Origin: a virus
DNA: 43,725 nucleotides
IMG/VR virus record: IMGVR_UViG_3300035494_000048
Reading direction: 5' to 3' (one strand)
Part shown: one piece after another, positions 17,587 to 25,172 of the stretch
Position numbering within the stretch: the first letter of the stretch is position 1
How the letters are laid out: the number at the start of each line of letters is the position of its first letter
The notes under the pieces: generated by a model
Database searches by the model: none
What the model saw: only the letters and a program-made list of their open reading frames with translations
Told to the model about the DNA's origin: nothing
Translations under genes and position numbers: made by a program

Positions 17587-19971
17587 ATGACCGTTCAAAC
17601 TAGCACCAACGTTGCAGCCTTCGTCGGAAACGGTGTTACCACTAGTTTTCCGATCGGGTTCAAGTTCAATTCGTCAGCCGATTTGATCGTAGAAGCGACC
17701 AACACAGTAACGGGTGTCACTACGCCCCTTTCGCTGAACTCGGATTACACCGTCACCGGTGCGGGCGATGAGAACGGAGGCACCATTACCTTCACGGCAG
17801 CTCCGCTTTCCGTTGAGAAAGTAAAGGTCACCCGTCACGTCGATTTGCTGCAATTGACCGACTTGCGCAACCAGGGCAAGTTTTATGCAGAGGTACACGA
17901 GGACGTGTTTGACAAGCTGGTCATGATCGATCAGCAGCAGCAGACCGAGATCAATACCGCAAACGACAAATCCGACGAAGCATTAGAAGTCGCTAATGCT
18001 GCAAACGGAAAGTCTGATCAGGCCGTCGCAAAAGCCGACCAGAACCTCGTTGATATGCAAGCGCAGTACGATGCTTTCGAGCAAGGCGCCTCGCTCGTGG
18101 TCATTGGCGATTATGCCGCCGGCCTTGTCGTTGATGGCTACAACAAGGTTTTTCGCAAAGACGGCGAGTTCTACCGGGCAAAGGCTGAACTGACCCTGCC
18201 GTATCCGCTGAATGGTGATTGGGCAGTAGATGCGCCGAAATTCGTGTCGGTTGGCGATGCAGTGCTGCGGCAGGAGCTGGCTGGCGCAGACGGGGTTTAT
18301 ATGGTTGGCGGCGCTCGGCGTACAGTTGCAAGCCTGGCGGCACTTTCCTCAATCAATGTCCGGCAGTCTGGCGATGTTGTCTGTGTCGAGCACCGCACTC
18401 AACCACTATGGGCCGAGGCCGCTCCGCTAGTTGGTGGCGGCGGCGATTTCGTGTGGGTGGGCGGCGATCAGAGCGCTCAGGTTGCGGCTGACCCTGGGCA
18501 GGGCGTATGGCTTGCACCTGATGCGGATGTAACTGGTGCCTCGGGGGCGTGGCGCCGCCTTTATGACGGCCCGCTGCGCGCTGAGTGGTGGGGTGTTGCG
18601 GATACCGGCGCCGATATCACTTCGCAAGCTCAGGCGTTCGTCACCTACTGCAACGCAAAGAAACTGTCCGGCGCGTTCCCGGCTGGCACGCTGCGCATAT
18701 CCGGTTCGCTTGAATTCCCAAATGAAATCGAATTGTACGGTCAGGGGCAGGCCACGGTGTTTAGTGCATCGCTGCCGGCGGGCGCGTACTTGTTTGACCA
18801 GCCTACAACCTATTGTCGGTCCTACGCGCTTGGCCGGTTCCGCGTAAATAATGCAGTATCAGCAGTCCGGCGCGACTTTGGCGTTATTCGGCTATGGGGC
18901 ACTCTGCGCAAGGGGCTGGTTGAGGATATCGTCTCTTATGATTTAGTTGCCCCATACTTTTTCGATACAAACCAGTGGGGTCAAGTGAGCCTGAAGCGCC
19001 TTTGTGCGTACAATTTCAATGGCTCAAACGTCGTACTCGGCTCCAACGCGCTTGAGTTCAAGGGCAATACGATGTTTGCCGAAGACATCGAAATTCTCGG
19101 CACATTTGATCGCGGGCTGGTATTTAGCGGTCGAGTGTTCAAGTTGCATGGTTTCAATATCGGCGGATCTGAAAACGACTATATGCGCATCGGGGTCCGC
19201 ATCAATGGTGGCGGCGATGGGTGCATCTCGTCGGGCTGGATCGAGCAACTTGATCCCGTTTACTGGGGCAACGGCGCAGGATTGGCGATTGACGTGGACG
19301 GCGCCAAGAATGTCGAGGTTCGAGGTGTAGACGTTGCGGCGGGGTCGGTCTTTTACAAAAACGGAGCAACAGGCAGCGTATCGTCTGTGACCTATGGCCA
19401 AGCTAACGGAGGCTTGCGAGTAGAGTCCGGGAGCGTTGTTGCTGTATCGTCGAGCGCGCTCAAATACCAGGCCATGACCGACAGCCCGGCGTTTCCGCGA
19501 TTGCTGGACGGCAACCACACCGGCGCAGGTCTGAACGCTACGCCTACGTTTGTCGGTGCAGACCCGATGACGAATACGAACAACACTTACGTTACAGTTG
19601 CCGACAATACAACTGACTTTCTCACAGGCACTCGCTCCAGACTTGTGACAACCACAGAAACATTTCAAGGCCGGCGATTCACTGCGACGATACCAAAGGC
19701 GGAAGAAACCTACACCGTGGTTGCTCGCGTTCGGCGCTTAACCAGCGGCAGGCTTAGCATGACGCCGGAGGCTACGACAGTAATTGATGCGTCTGGCTTC
19801 ACGATCTATAGGACGAGCGGAACCGACTGGGAGCTTCTTATTATGACTGTGAGGAGCAGCACCACATCCCTACAGGTTCGAATCATCGCGGAGACGGCGG
19901 GGACATTCCTGATTGACAGTTTCAACGTCCTTCGCGGGTTGAGCACTTTCGATCCGAAGAACTACGCATAA
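17587..19971 (+). CDS. Tailspike / tail fibre with parallel beta-helix (depolymerase-like) domain
   Basis: 794 aa. N-terminal particle-binding-type domain (VAAFVGNGVTTSFPIGFKF...DYTVTG). Central repeats typical of a pectate-lyase-like beta-helix (GAKNVEVRGVDVAAGSVFYKNGATGSV...). Confidence 0.75.
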   Translation: MTVQTSTNVAAFVGNGVTTSFPIGFKFNSSADLIVEATNTVTGVTTPLSLNSDYTVTGAGDENGGTITFTAAPLSVEKVKVTRHVDLLQLTDLRNQGKFYAEVHEDVFDKLVMIDQQQQTEINTANDKSDEALEVANAANGKSDQAVAKADQNLVDMQAQYDAFEQGASLVVIGDYAAGLVVDGYNKVFRKDGEFYRAKAELTLPYPLNGDWAVDAPKFVSVGDAVLRQELAGADGVYMVGGARRTVASLAALSSINVRQSGDVVCVEHRTQPLWAEAAPLVGGGGDFVWVGGDQSAQVAADPGQGVWLAPDADVTGASGAWRRLYDGPLRAEWWGVADTGADITSQAQAFVTYCNAKKLSGAFPAGTLRISGSLEFPNEIELYGQGQATVFSASLPAGAYLFDQPTTYCRSYALGRFRVNNAVSAVRRDFGVIRLWGTLRKGLVEDIVSYDLVAPYFFDTNQWGQVSLKRLCAYNFNGSNVVLGSNALEFKGNTMFAEDIEILGTFDRGLVFSGRVFKLHGFNIGGSENDYMRIGVRINGGGDGCISSGWIEQLDPVYWGNGAGLAIDVDGAKNVEVRGVDVAAGSVFYKNGATGSVSSVTYGQANGGLRVESGSVVAVSSSALKYQAMTDSPAFPRLLDGNHTGAGLNATPTFVGADPMTNTNNTYVTVADNTTDFLTGTRSRLVTTTETFQGRRFTATIPKAEETYTVVARVRRLTSGRLSMTPEATTVIDASGFTIYRTSGTDWELLIMTVRSSTTSLQVRIIAETAGTFLIDSFNVLRGLSTFDPKNYA

Positions 19972-19980
19972 TTCCTAACA

Positions 19981-20002
19981 GCCCCGCCAGTCGGGGCATT
20001 TT
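19981..20002 (+). terminator. Rho-independent terminator
   Basis: gccccg-ccagt-cggggc followed by ATTTT, 10 nt after the tailspike stop. Confidence 0.65.
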
Positions 20003-20018
20003 CTGCCTGGAGTTTCCC

Positions 20019-20531
20019 ATGACCCTCTCTGAAATACGGGAGCGAGCCATAGCGCCCGCTCTCGCGCTGCTGCCTGCGCGGATGTCGAGCCGAGAGGCTG
20101 AGATCATGCTGCTGGCTATCGGGCTGCAGGAAAGTCGCTTTGTCCACCGTCGCCAGATGGGCAACGGCCCGGCCCGGTCGTTCTGGCAGGGTGAGCTCGG
20201 CGGCGGGATGGTGGCCGGAGTTCGCACCCATGAGACGACCGAGGCCCATGCCGCCGCTCTGTACCGAGCTCGAGGCGTTGCGCCTGACAACCGATCGATC
20301 TGGAATGCCATTGAGCATGACGACGTGCTGGCCGCTGGGCTGGCTCGCCTTCTGCTCTGGAGCGATCCGGGCCGGCTGCCGGGCGAGGATGACGTCGAAG
20401 GCGCCTGGCGGTTGTACCTGAAGACGTGGCGCCCGGGCGCATACGAACGCGGCACTGCCGAGCAGCGCGCAGAGCTCCGCGCCAAGTGGGGCCGGAACTA
20501 CGCCGCTGCCGTGCGCGAGGTGATGCGATGA
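20019..20531 (+). CDS. Endolysin, lytic transglycosylase / lysozyme-like
   Basis: 170 aa with an SLT-like catalytic region LLAIGLQESRF. Directly followed by the spanin genes. No signal or SAR sequence evident. Confidence 0.7.
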   Translation: MTLSEIRERAIAPALALLPARMSSREAEIMLLAIGLQESRFVHRRQMGNGPARSFWQGELGGGMVAGVRTHETTEAHAAALYRARGVAPDNRSIWNAIEHDDVLAAGLARLLLWSDPGRLPGEDDVEGAWRLYLKTWRPGAYERGTAEQRAELRAKWGRNYAAAVREVMR

Positions 20532-21043
20532 CCGCCTGGCTGAAGTTCGTGCCCAGCTGGGCCTGGTGGGTGCTGGCTCTGGCTGTCGTGGCTGGCGGGC
20601 AGCAGATCCGGGTGCTATCGGCTCAGTCTGACGCCGCTCAGGCGAGAACCGATCTTGCCTCCTACCGCACCGAAGTCAGCGAGCGCGACCGCCGTGCCGC
20701 GCTGTTCGTCATTCAAGAAAACCAGCGGCGCCAGGCCGCGACGGAGAAATCAGATGCAGAGGCACAGGAACAACTGGCTGCAGCGCGTACTGACGCTGAG
20801 CGCGCTGGCAGTGCTCTTGAGCGGCTGCAGCAGCGCCTCGCAGCAGCTGAGCAGCGCAGTCGTGACGCCGGCAATGCCATCACTGCCCAGCTCAGCCAGG
20901 CAGCCGAAGGCGCCGCCAGAGTGCGAGCCGACGTGCTCGGCAGGGTTGGAGAGGCTGCTCAACTCTATGCTCGAGTCGCCGACGAGCGGGGAGTAGCGGG
21001 TGCCGCATGTGAGCGGGCCTATGATGCGGTGAAGGGGGATTAG
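20528..21043 (+). CDS. Rz: Inner-membrane spanin (Rz-like)
   Basis: ATG 20528 overlaps the endolysin stop (ATGA). N-terminal TM (WAWWVLALAVVAGG) followed by a coiled coil. Contains an embedded lipoprotein ORF. Confidence 0.8.
   Translation: MTAWLKFVPSWAWWVLALAVVAGGQQIRVLSAQSDAAQARTDLASYRTEVSERDRRAALFVIQENQRRQAATEKSDAEAQEQLAAARTDAERAGSALERLQQRLAAAEQRSRDAGNAITAQLSQAAEGAARVRADVLGRVGEAAQLYARVADERGVAGAACERAYDAVKGD
20754..20996 (+). CDS. Rz1: Outer-membrane lipoprotein spanin (Rz1-like), embedded in Rz in the +1 frame
   Basis: MQRHRNNWLQRVLTLSALAVLLSGC: signal peptide with lipobox LSGC. Pro-rich mature part. Entirely inside Rz. Confidence 0.8.
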   Translation: MQRHRNNWLQRVLTLSALAVLLSGCSSASQQLSSAVVTPAMPSLPSSARQPKAPPECEPTCSAGLERLLNSMLESPTSGE

Positions 21044-21408
21044 ATTTGCCCGGACGGGCGAGGAAGGTAGACCGGGACTCCGGCCTCCTGTGCTGCGGTG
21101 ATCATGTCGCGAGTGCCTGGACCGCCCGTGTCGAAGGCGACCACGCCGTCTGGCTTCAGTTCGAGCATCTGCCGGTTCCTGACCGGGCCGGCGCGCTTGC
21201 CGTACTTCTCCCATTCGGCCCGGCACCTGGTTGGCTCCTGCCCCATGTTGATTGCCCATTCTCGAGCAAATCGATCAGCTCCAGTTGGGCATTCTCCCTG
21301 GATGATCTCGCAGATTCCGCGGAGCGTGTGGATCTTGTCGAGCACCTGAAACACGAACGCCCGGTCGGCGTAGTCGCGGCCTCCGCAGACGATGATTCGG
21401 ACGGGCAT
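21040..21408 (-). CDS. SLOG-family protein (DUF2493 / YspA-like)
   Basis: MPVRIIVCGGRDY...GADRFAREWA...AGPVRNRQML...DGVVAF..GGPGTRDMI..A.EAGVPV matches the DUF2493 pattern by eye. GGAG RBS. Stop codon overlaps the Rz stop on the opposite strand. Confidence 0.75.
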   Translation of the reverse strand: MPVRIIVCGGRDYADRAFVFQVLDKIHTLRGICEIIQGECPTGADRFAREWAINMGQEPTRCRAEWEKYGKRAGPVRNRQMLELKPDGVVAFDTGGPGTRDMITAAQEAGVPVYLPRPSGQI

Positions 21409-21432
21409 AGGAGCTCCGTTATGCGCCGCTGA

Positions 21433-21466
21433 TTTGGGCCAAATCTTGGGGCAATCTTTGGGGCAG
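21433..21466 (+). repeat. Three tandem arm-type repeats (TTTGGGCCAAA / TCTTGGGGCAA / TCTTTGGGGCAG)
   Basis: Read directly; about 11-12 bp period. Confidence 0.7.
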
Positions 21467-21610
21467 AGTACGGTTTTTCGAGGGCCCGTGAGGGCCTGCA
21501 GCCCAGTAAATACGTGAAGTTTACCCCGCCAAAACCCCCATTAGAACTGCATGGTGATGTTGGCGGTAGAAATCAAGAGGCTTTGTCTCGCTGGTTTCAG
21601 AGGTGTGGTG

Positions 21611-22792
21611 CTACGCTTGGGGCACTTTTGGGGCAAACTGTAATTTGCGCATCTCGGCCCAATCGCCTTCGCCGTCGATCCAGCGGGCATACCGAGACAG
21701 CAAAATCTGTATCGAATGGCCGAGCTGCTTGGCGATGAATGCCGGTGTCATTCCGGCCATCAGGCACATGGTTGCGTAGGTGTGGCGCGCATTGTACGGG
21801 GGCCGGTAGCGAATACCCAGCGCCTTTAGTGTCGGGCGCCACTGGTGATGCAGGTCACTCGTCTGCTGGATGAACTGAGAGCTCTTGCTCGGCGGAAAGC
21901 AGAACGGAAAATCTGTCAGCCTACCGGAGCCGGCCGCGCGCCGCTCGGCGTACTGCTTGGCGAACAGAAGGGCATGCACTGCCCGATCATTCAGCAGCAC
22001 AAACCTATCCTTCTTGGTCTTCGTCCGCTCGACGACCTTCTTCTTTGCTACGGACCTGCAGACGTGGACCGTACGCCTCTTCAAATCGACCTCTTCCCAG
22101 CGAAGGGCGGCGATCTCTCCTAACCGCATGCCGGTATAGAAGGCGAACTCAAAGAACGCCGCGTATATCTGGCTTGGCCAATGCTCCGTTTCGTAAAGCC
22201 TCGCAATGATCCTGTCCGCCTCATCCTGCGTAAACGGGTCGACCTTCGCCTCCGTCCGCGTCGGGATGTCCAGCGCCTGGATCGGGTTCTCTGCAATCAG
22301 CCTGTCCGAAACCGCTGACTCAAGAATGGTGCTCAGCTTGTTCATGGCGTTGGCCTTCACGCCGTCCGAGGTCCATGGGATTTGAACGACGAGCTCGCGC
22401 ATGAAGGCGGTCGTCAGGTTGGGAAGGGGAGTTGTGGCCAGGTACGGCATCCACCAGACATTGAGCACTGACTTGTAGTTGTCGCGCGTGCCTTCCGAGA
22501 TCGATCGGCTGTCGAGCCAGACCTGGGCGTACTGTCCGAACCCGCGCGAAACGCTCGATACGGCGTTCGGCGAGCCCGGGAAGAGCTCGGCATACTTACG
22601 CTCGTCGAAGATGCCGTGCTTGATCTGCTGGACTACTTGATCGCGTAGACGGGATGCAGCGGCAATGCCCGCTTGCGTCGGGGGGAGGGCGAGGGTTTCT
22701 GAGCATCGCTTTCCGTTCCAGCTAAATCGGATGCGGATCGTATCGTTGCGTAGCTCAACTCCGGTGGGCAGTGCCATAGGCTTTCTTGCCAT
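21611..22792 (-). CDS. int: Tyrosine integrase (lambda-Int type with N-terminal arm-binding domain)
   Basis: 393 aa. C-terminal catalytic pattern ...ARHTYATMCLMAG...LGHS...LSRYARW (R, HxxR, Y). N-terminus LPTGVELRNDTIRIRFSWNGKR is arm-binding type. Confidence 0.9.
   Translation of the reverse strand: MARKPMALPTGVELRNDTIRIRFSWNGKRCSETLALPPTQAGIAAASRLRDQVVQQIKHGIFDERKYAELFPGSPNAVSSVSRGFGQYAQVWLDSRSISEGTRDNYKSVLNVWWMPYLATTPLPNLTTAFMRELVVQIPWTSDGVKANAMNKLSTILESAVSDRLIAENPIQALDIPTRTEAKVDPFTQDEADRIIARLYETEHWPSQIYAAFFEFAFYTGMRLGEIAALRWEEVDLKRRTVHVCRSVAKKKVVERTKTKKDRFVLLNDRAVHALLFAKQYAERRAAGSGRLTDFPFCFPPSKSSQFIQQTSDLHHQWRPTLKALGIRYRPPYNARHTYATMCLMAGMTPAFIAKQLGHSIQILLSRYARWIDGEGDWAEMRKLQFAPKVPQA
21616..21637 (+). 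repeat. Two tandem arm-type repeats (CTTGGGGCAC / TTTTGGGGCAAA) inside the last codons of int
   Basis: Read directly; same orientation as the 21433-21466 cluster. Confidence 0.7.
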
Positions 22793-22980
22793 TCTTCGTA
22801 CCTTGATCGGCTGTAGTAGATTCGTCCATTGATGCGATTCCAGACGCCCTCGGGAATCTGGTTCCGGCTTCGCCTGCCTTCTAGGGCTCGATCGGTTGTT
22901 CCAAGTATCATGGCCATCTGCTGTTCGGTCACCTTGTCAGGGAACCACTCCGGCAGATTCTCGAGTTTCTCTGCGCCCAT
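22633..22980 (-). CDS. xis: Excisionase-like protein with a long C-terminal tail overlapping int
   Basis: 115 aa directly upstream of int. Winged-helix-like core (VTEQQMAMILGTTDRALEGRRSRNQIPEGVWNRINGRIYYSRSRYEEW). The last ~53 codons overlap the int N-terminus out of frame. Confidence 0.6.
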   Translation of the reverse strand: MGAEKLENLPEWFPDKVTEQQMAMILGTTDRALEGRRSRNQIPEGVWNRINGRIYYSRSRYEEWQESLWHCPPELSYATIRSASDLAGTESDAQKPSPSPRRKRALPLHPVYAIK

Positions 22981-22983
22981 CCC

Positions 22984-23229
22984 TCACCCCCTCACCGTTA
23001 CGCCGGCTGCTTCGATGGCGTCGATTGCCTCGCCGCGCATGTCATTCCACCCGCCCTCATAGCTCGTGTATGGCGGCGCGTTCATCGGCTGCGGCAGCTC
23101 AACCACAAGCTCCCGCCGCGACGCCAGCCACACATTGCGCATCTGGTCCTTCACGTCCTCGAACTGCTCGCGGAACGGCTGCTGCTGCCACCACGCCTCG
23201 AACTCTGCTATCGCCTTGTCTGTGTGCAT
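22984..23229 (-). CDS. Hypothetical protein (81 aa)
   Basis: ORF in the leftward operon, tightly packed with its neighbours. Confidence 0.55.
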   Translation of the reverse strand: MHTDKAIAEFEAWWQQQPFREQFEDVKDQMRNVWLASRRELVVELPQPMNAPPYTSYEGGWNDMRGEAIDAIEAAGVTVRG

Positions 23230-23253
23230 GTCTATCTCCTGCTGCGTGTGGGG

Positions 23254-23544
23254 TTAGGCGGTGCGCTCTGCCTTGTCCAGTGCTGCGATGCGCTTGTTGA
23301 TTCGCTCAAGGCGCTTGGCGATGTCGGCCTGCTGCTCGTCGATCTTCTTGCGGCCTGCTGCAATAGCCGCTGCTTTGTTGGGGAATAGCTCAGTACCGAT
23401 TTCGTAAACCTTGCCAGTCGCCGTTTTTTCGAAGCTCTGGCTCTTGGACCAAAATCCGCTGTAGCTCGCGATCAGCTCGACCTCGACTGGTTTGAAAGAA
23501 GGCATAAGCACCCATGCTTTGTACGGGTAGGTTCTTTCGGACAT
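23254..23544 (-). CDS. Hypothetical protein (96 aa)
   Basis: ORF in the leftward operon with RBS GGAGG (rc of cctcc at 23552-56). Confidence 0.55.
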   Translation of the reverse strand: MSERTYPYKAWVLMPSFKPVEVELIASYSGFWSKSQSFEKTATGKVYEIGTELFPNKAAAIAAGRKKIDEQQADIAKRLERINKRIAALDKAERTA

Positions 23545-23622
23545 GCAGAATCTCCTCCCCGCCGACTCTCGCCGGCAGGCTGTGTGTTTGGGTGGGGTTA
23601 GGGGTGACTACCTGACTTGGGT

Positions 23623-23865
23623 TCAGGTGGTCTTAGCTTCGCGCTCAAGATAAACCGCCAGCCACTTGAGCTTGCACGGACGACACACAATGCCGCTTGT
23701 GCAGCCGTATGGCTGATCGAACACCAAGACGCCACGGATATGCGCTGGCCCAACGTCGCGGTCGCCACTGTTTACCTGTACGCGGACCTCGCCGTCTTCC
23801 GGCACGCACTCCGATCCGCAAACATCACAGCAGCAGACGGTTATGGTTTTCGTTGTGATGCCCAT
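23623..23865 (-). CDS. Cys-rich (zinc-ribbon-like) hypothetical protein (80 aa)
   Basis: CCCDVCGSEC ... C..C pairs. ATG immediately follows the upstream TGA. Confidence 0.5.
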   Translation of the reverse strand: MGITTKTITVCCCDVCGSECVPEDGEVRVQVNSGDRDVGPAHIRGVLVFDQPYGCTSGIVCRPCKLKWLAVYLEREAKTT

Positions 23866-24405
23866 TCACGCCTCCTTCGCAGCCATGGCGGGGCTTCTTG
23901 GTACAGGCTGGAATTTGTGCATTTCGGCTTTTGCCTTAAGGTAAGCGGCATAGGCTAGTTCTTCAGAGTCGAACGCCCCTAGGTCGTACTTTCTGCCGTT
24001 AGCTCTGATCTGTGCTCGCCACTTTCCAGTCGGTGGAATCAATGAAACTCCTAGCAAGCGAGAGCTGCTGGTCCGTTTGGCATTTACATTTTGCTGGTTC
24101 TCAGAATTCGTGCATTCGCGCAGGTTGCTTAGCCGGTTGTCAGTCGTGTTCCCGTTTATGTGGTCTAGGTAGTGCTCTGGGAAAGCACCGTGCTCGATAA
24201 GCCAGGCTAGCCGGTGAGCAAGATACGTCCTCCCCCAGAATTTCACCTGCAGGTATCCGTTCGATCCGACGCACCCAGCTACAGTGCCAATCCTGATCTT
24301 CTGATTGGTTGGCTTCTTCCAAGACAGCACTCCGGTCTCACGATCGTAGGCCAATGCCTCGCGCACCATCTCCAGCAGCTCCCGATCAACCAATACCTTG
24401 CTCAT
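23866..24405 (-). CDS. HNH homing endonuclease with AP2-type DNA-binding domain
   Basis: YLAHRLAWLIEHG...LDHINGNTTDNRLSNLR..T..EN (HNH_3 pattern), then GVS....GKWRAQI..NGK...LG.F...E.A..AY (AP2 pattern). Visibly more AT-rich than its neighbours. Confidence 0.85.
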   Translation of the reverse strand: MSKVLVDRELLEMVREALAYDRETGVLSWKKPTNQKIRIGTVAGCVGSNGYLQVKFWGRTYLAHRLAWLIEHGAFPEHYLDHINGNTTDNRLSNLRECTNSENQQNVNAKRTSSSRLLGVSLIPPTGKWRAQIRANGRKYDLGAFDSEELAYAAYLKAKAEMHKFQPVPRSPAMAAKEA

Positions 24406-25172
24406 AGCTTACCTACTTGGGCGGCCATGGCGGCGCGACATACGGCTAAGGCGTCTTGCAGGTCGCCGAACTCGGCTCGTACCTTCTGGTATTGCCGATC
24501 AGTCATCCGGTGGATGATCGCGGATGACAGGCGCTCGGCGGCTCGAACAGCCGGCAGTGTCGCCTCAACCAGCCCGCTTTGCTCCGGCTGAGGGGCGGTC
24601 TGCGCGATGGGGGCGGCGTAAAGCGGGCGAGATCGCGCATGTTCGTTTGGCTCGTCGCTGAAGTAGTGGCCAAGCTCCGGCTCTTCGGGCCAGTCGATCA
24701 GCCACGCCACCGGCTGCTGCTCGGTCTGCGCGGGGCGGGCGATGCGTTCCAGTGTGTACATCACCGCCGCCTCTGCGGCGTGCTGGTAGGTTGCGCCAGG
24801 CAAGCGGATGCAATCACCATGCACCTTGCGGGCGATGTTCTCGATTTGCTCGCGCGAAAGCATCTGCTCGGGACTTTGCTCATCCTGCGCCGTGGCTTGC
24901 TCTACTGCCGCCTGCCCATCCCTGAACCCCTGCGCTGCGGCTGTGGCCATGTCGACGGCGGTGAAGGTGTCGGTGGGCTCGGGCTGCTGGGATAGGAAGG
25001 CATCAATTCGGTCAATCAGGTCGAGCGTTTCCCCGCGGAAACCGACTTCTGTCTTCATCACCAGAAGCTCGCTGTATGACTCGCGCAGCAGAATGCGCAT
25101 CGCTTCGTTCTCCGCCTTCGCAGCCCCCAGCTCAGCGCCGATTCGCCCGGCTGCCTTCAGTGTGTCGTTCAT
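24402..25172 (-). CDS. Hypothetical protein (about 257 aa)
   Basis: Track ORF 24402..25184. ATG 25172 preferred because it forms an ATGA overlap with the upstream 50-aa ORF. Confidence 0.55.
   Translation of the reverse strand: MNDTLKAAGRIGAELGAAKAENEAMRILLRESYSELLVMKTEVGFRGETLDLIDRIDAFLSQQPEPTDTFTAVDMATAAAQGFRDGQAAVEQATAQDEQSPEQMLSREQIENIARKVHGDCIRLPGATYQHAAEAAVMYTLERIARPAQTEQQPVAWLIDWPEEPELGHYFSDEPNEHARSRPLYAAPIAQTAPQPEQSGLVEATLPAVRAAERLSSAIIHRMTDRQYQKVRAEFGDLQDALAVCRAAMAAQVGKL

Larger units (their letters stand above)
21409..21640. other. attP region (arm-type repeats flanking a roughly 150-bp core segment)
   Basis: Non-coding gap next to the int 3' end. Five same-orientation TTGGGGCA-like repeats in two clusters. 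Inverted repeat ccgccaa(21526-32)/ttggcgg(21560-66) lies between them. Crossover point not determinable. Confidence 0.6.

Noticed and set aside
17587-19971. Diversity-generating retroelement (the head genes recalled Bordetella BPP-1), i.e. reverse transcriptase plus TR/VR repeats near the tail fibre 3' end
   Set aside because: No reverse-transcriptase-like ORF (YxDD motif) exists anywhere in the window. I saw no repeat of the tailspike 3' end by eye.
20426-20527. Upstream extension of the Rz ORF (track start 20426). Similar long 5' extensions occur in the track ORFs at 10455, 14359, 35972, 40976, 25910 and 26473
   Set aside because: The extensions overlap the preceding genes out of frame and are Arg-rich. 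Internal ATGs that form ATGA/TGATG/TAATG junctions or follow good RBSs give coherent, tightly coupled gene starts.
21467-21615. A tRNA-gene 3' fragment in the attP core, as in many tRNA-targeting integrases
   Set aside because: I could not find a T-arm/acceptor-like sequence ending in CCA. The target remains unknown rather than shown to be a non-tRNA site.
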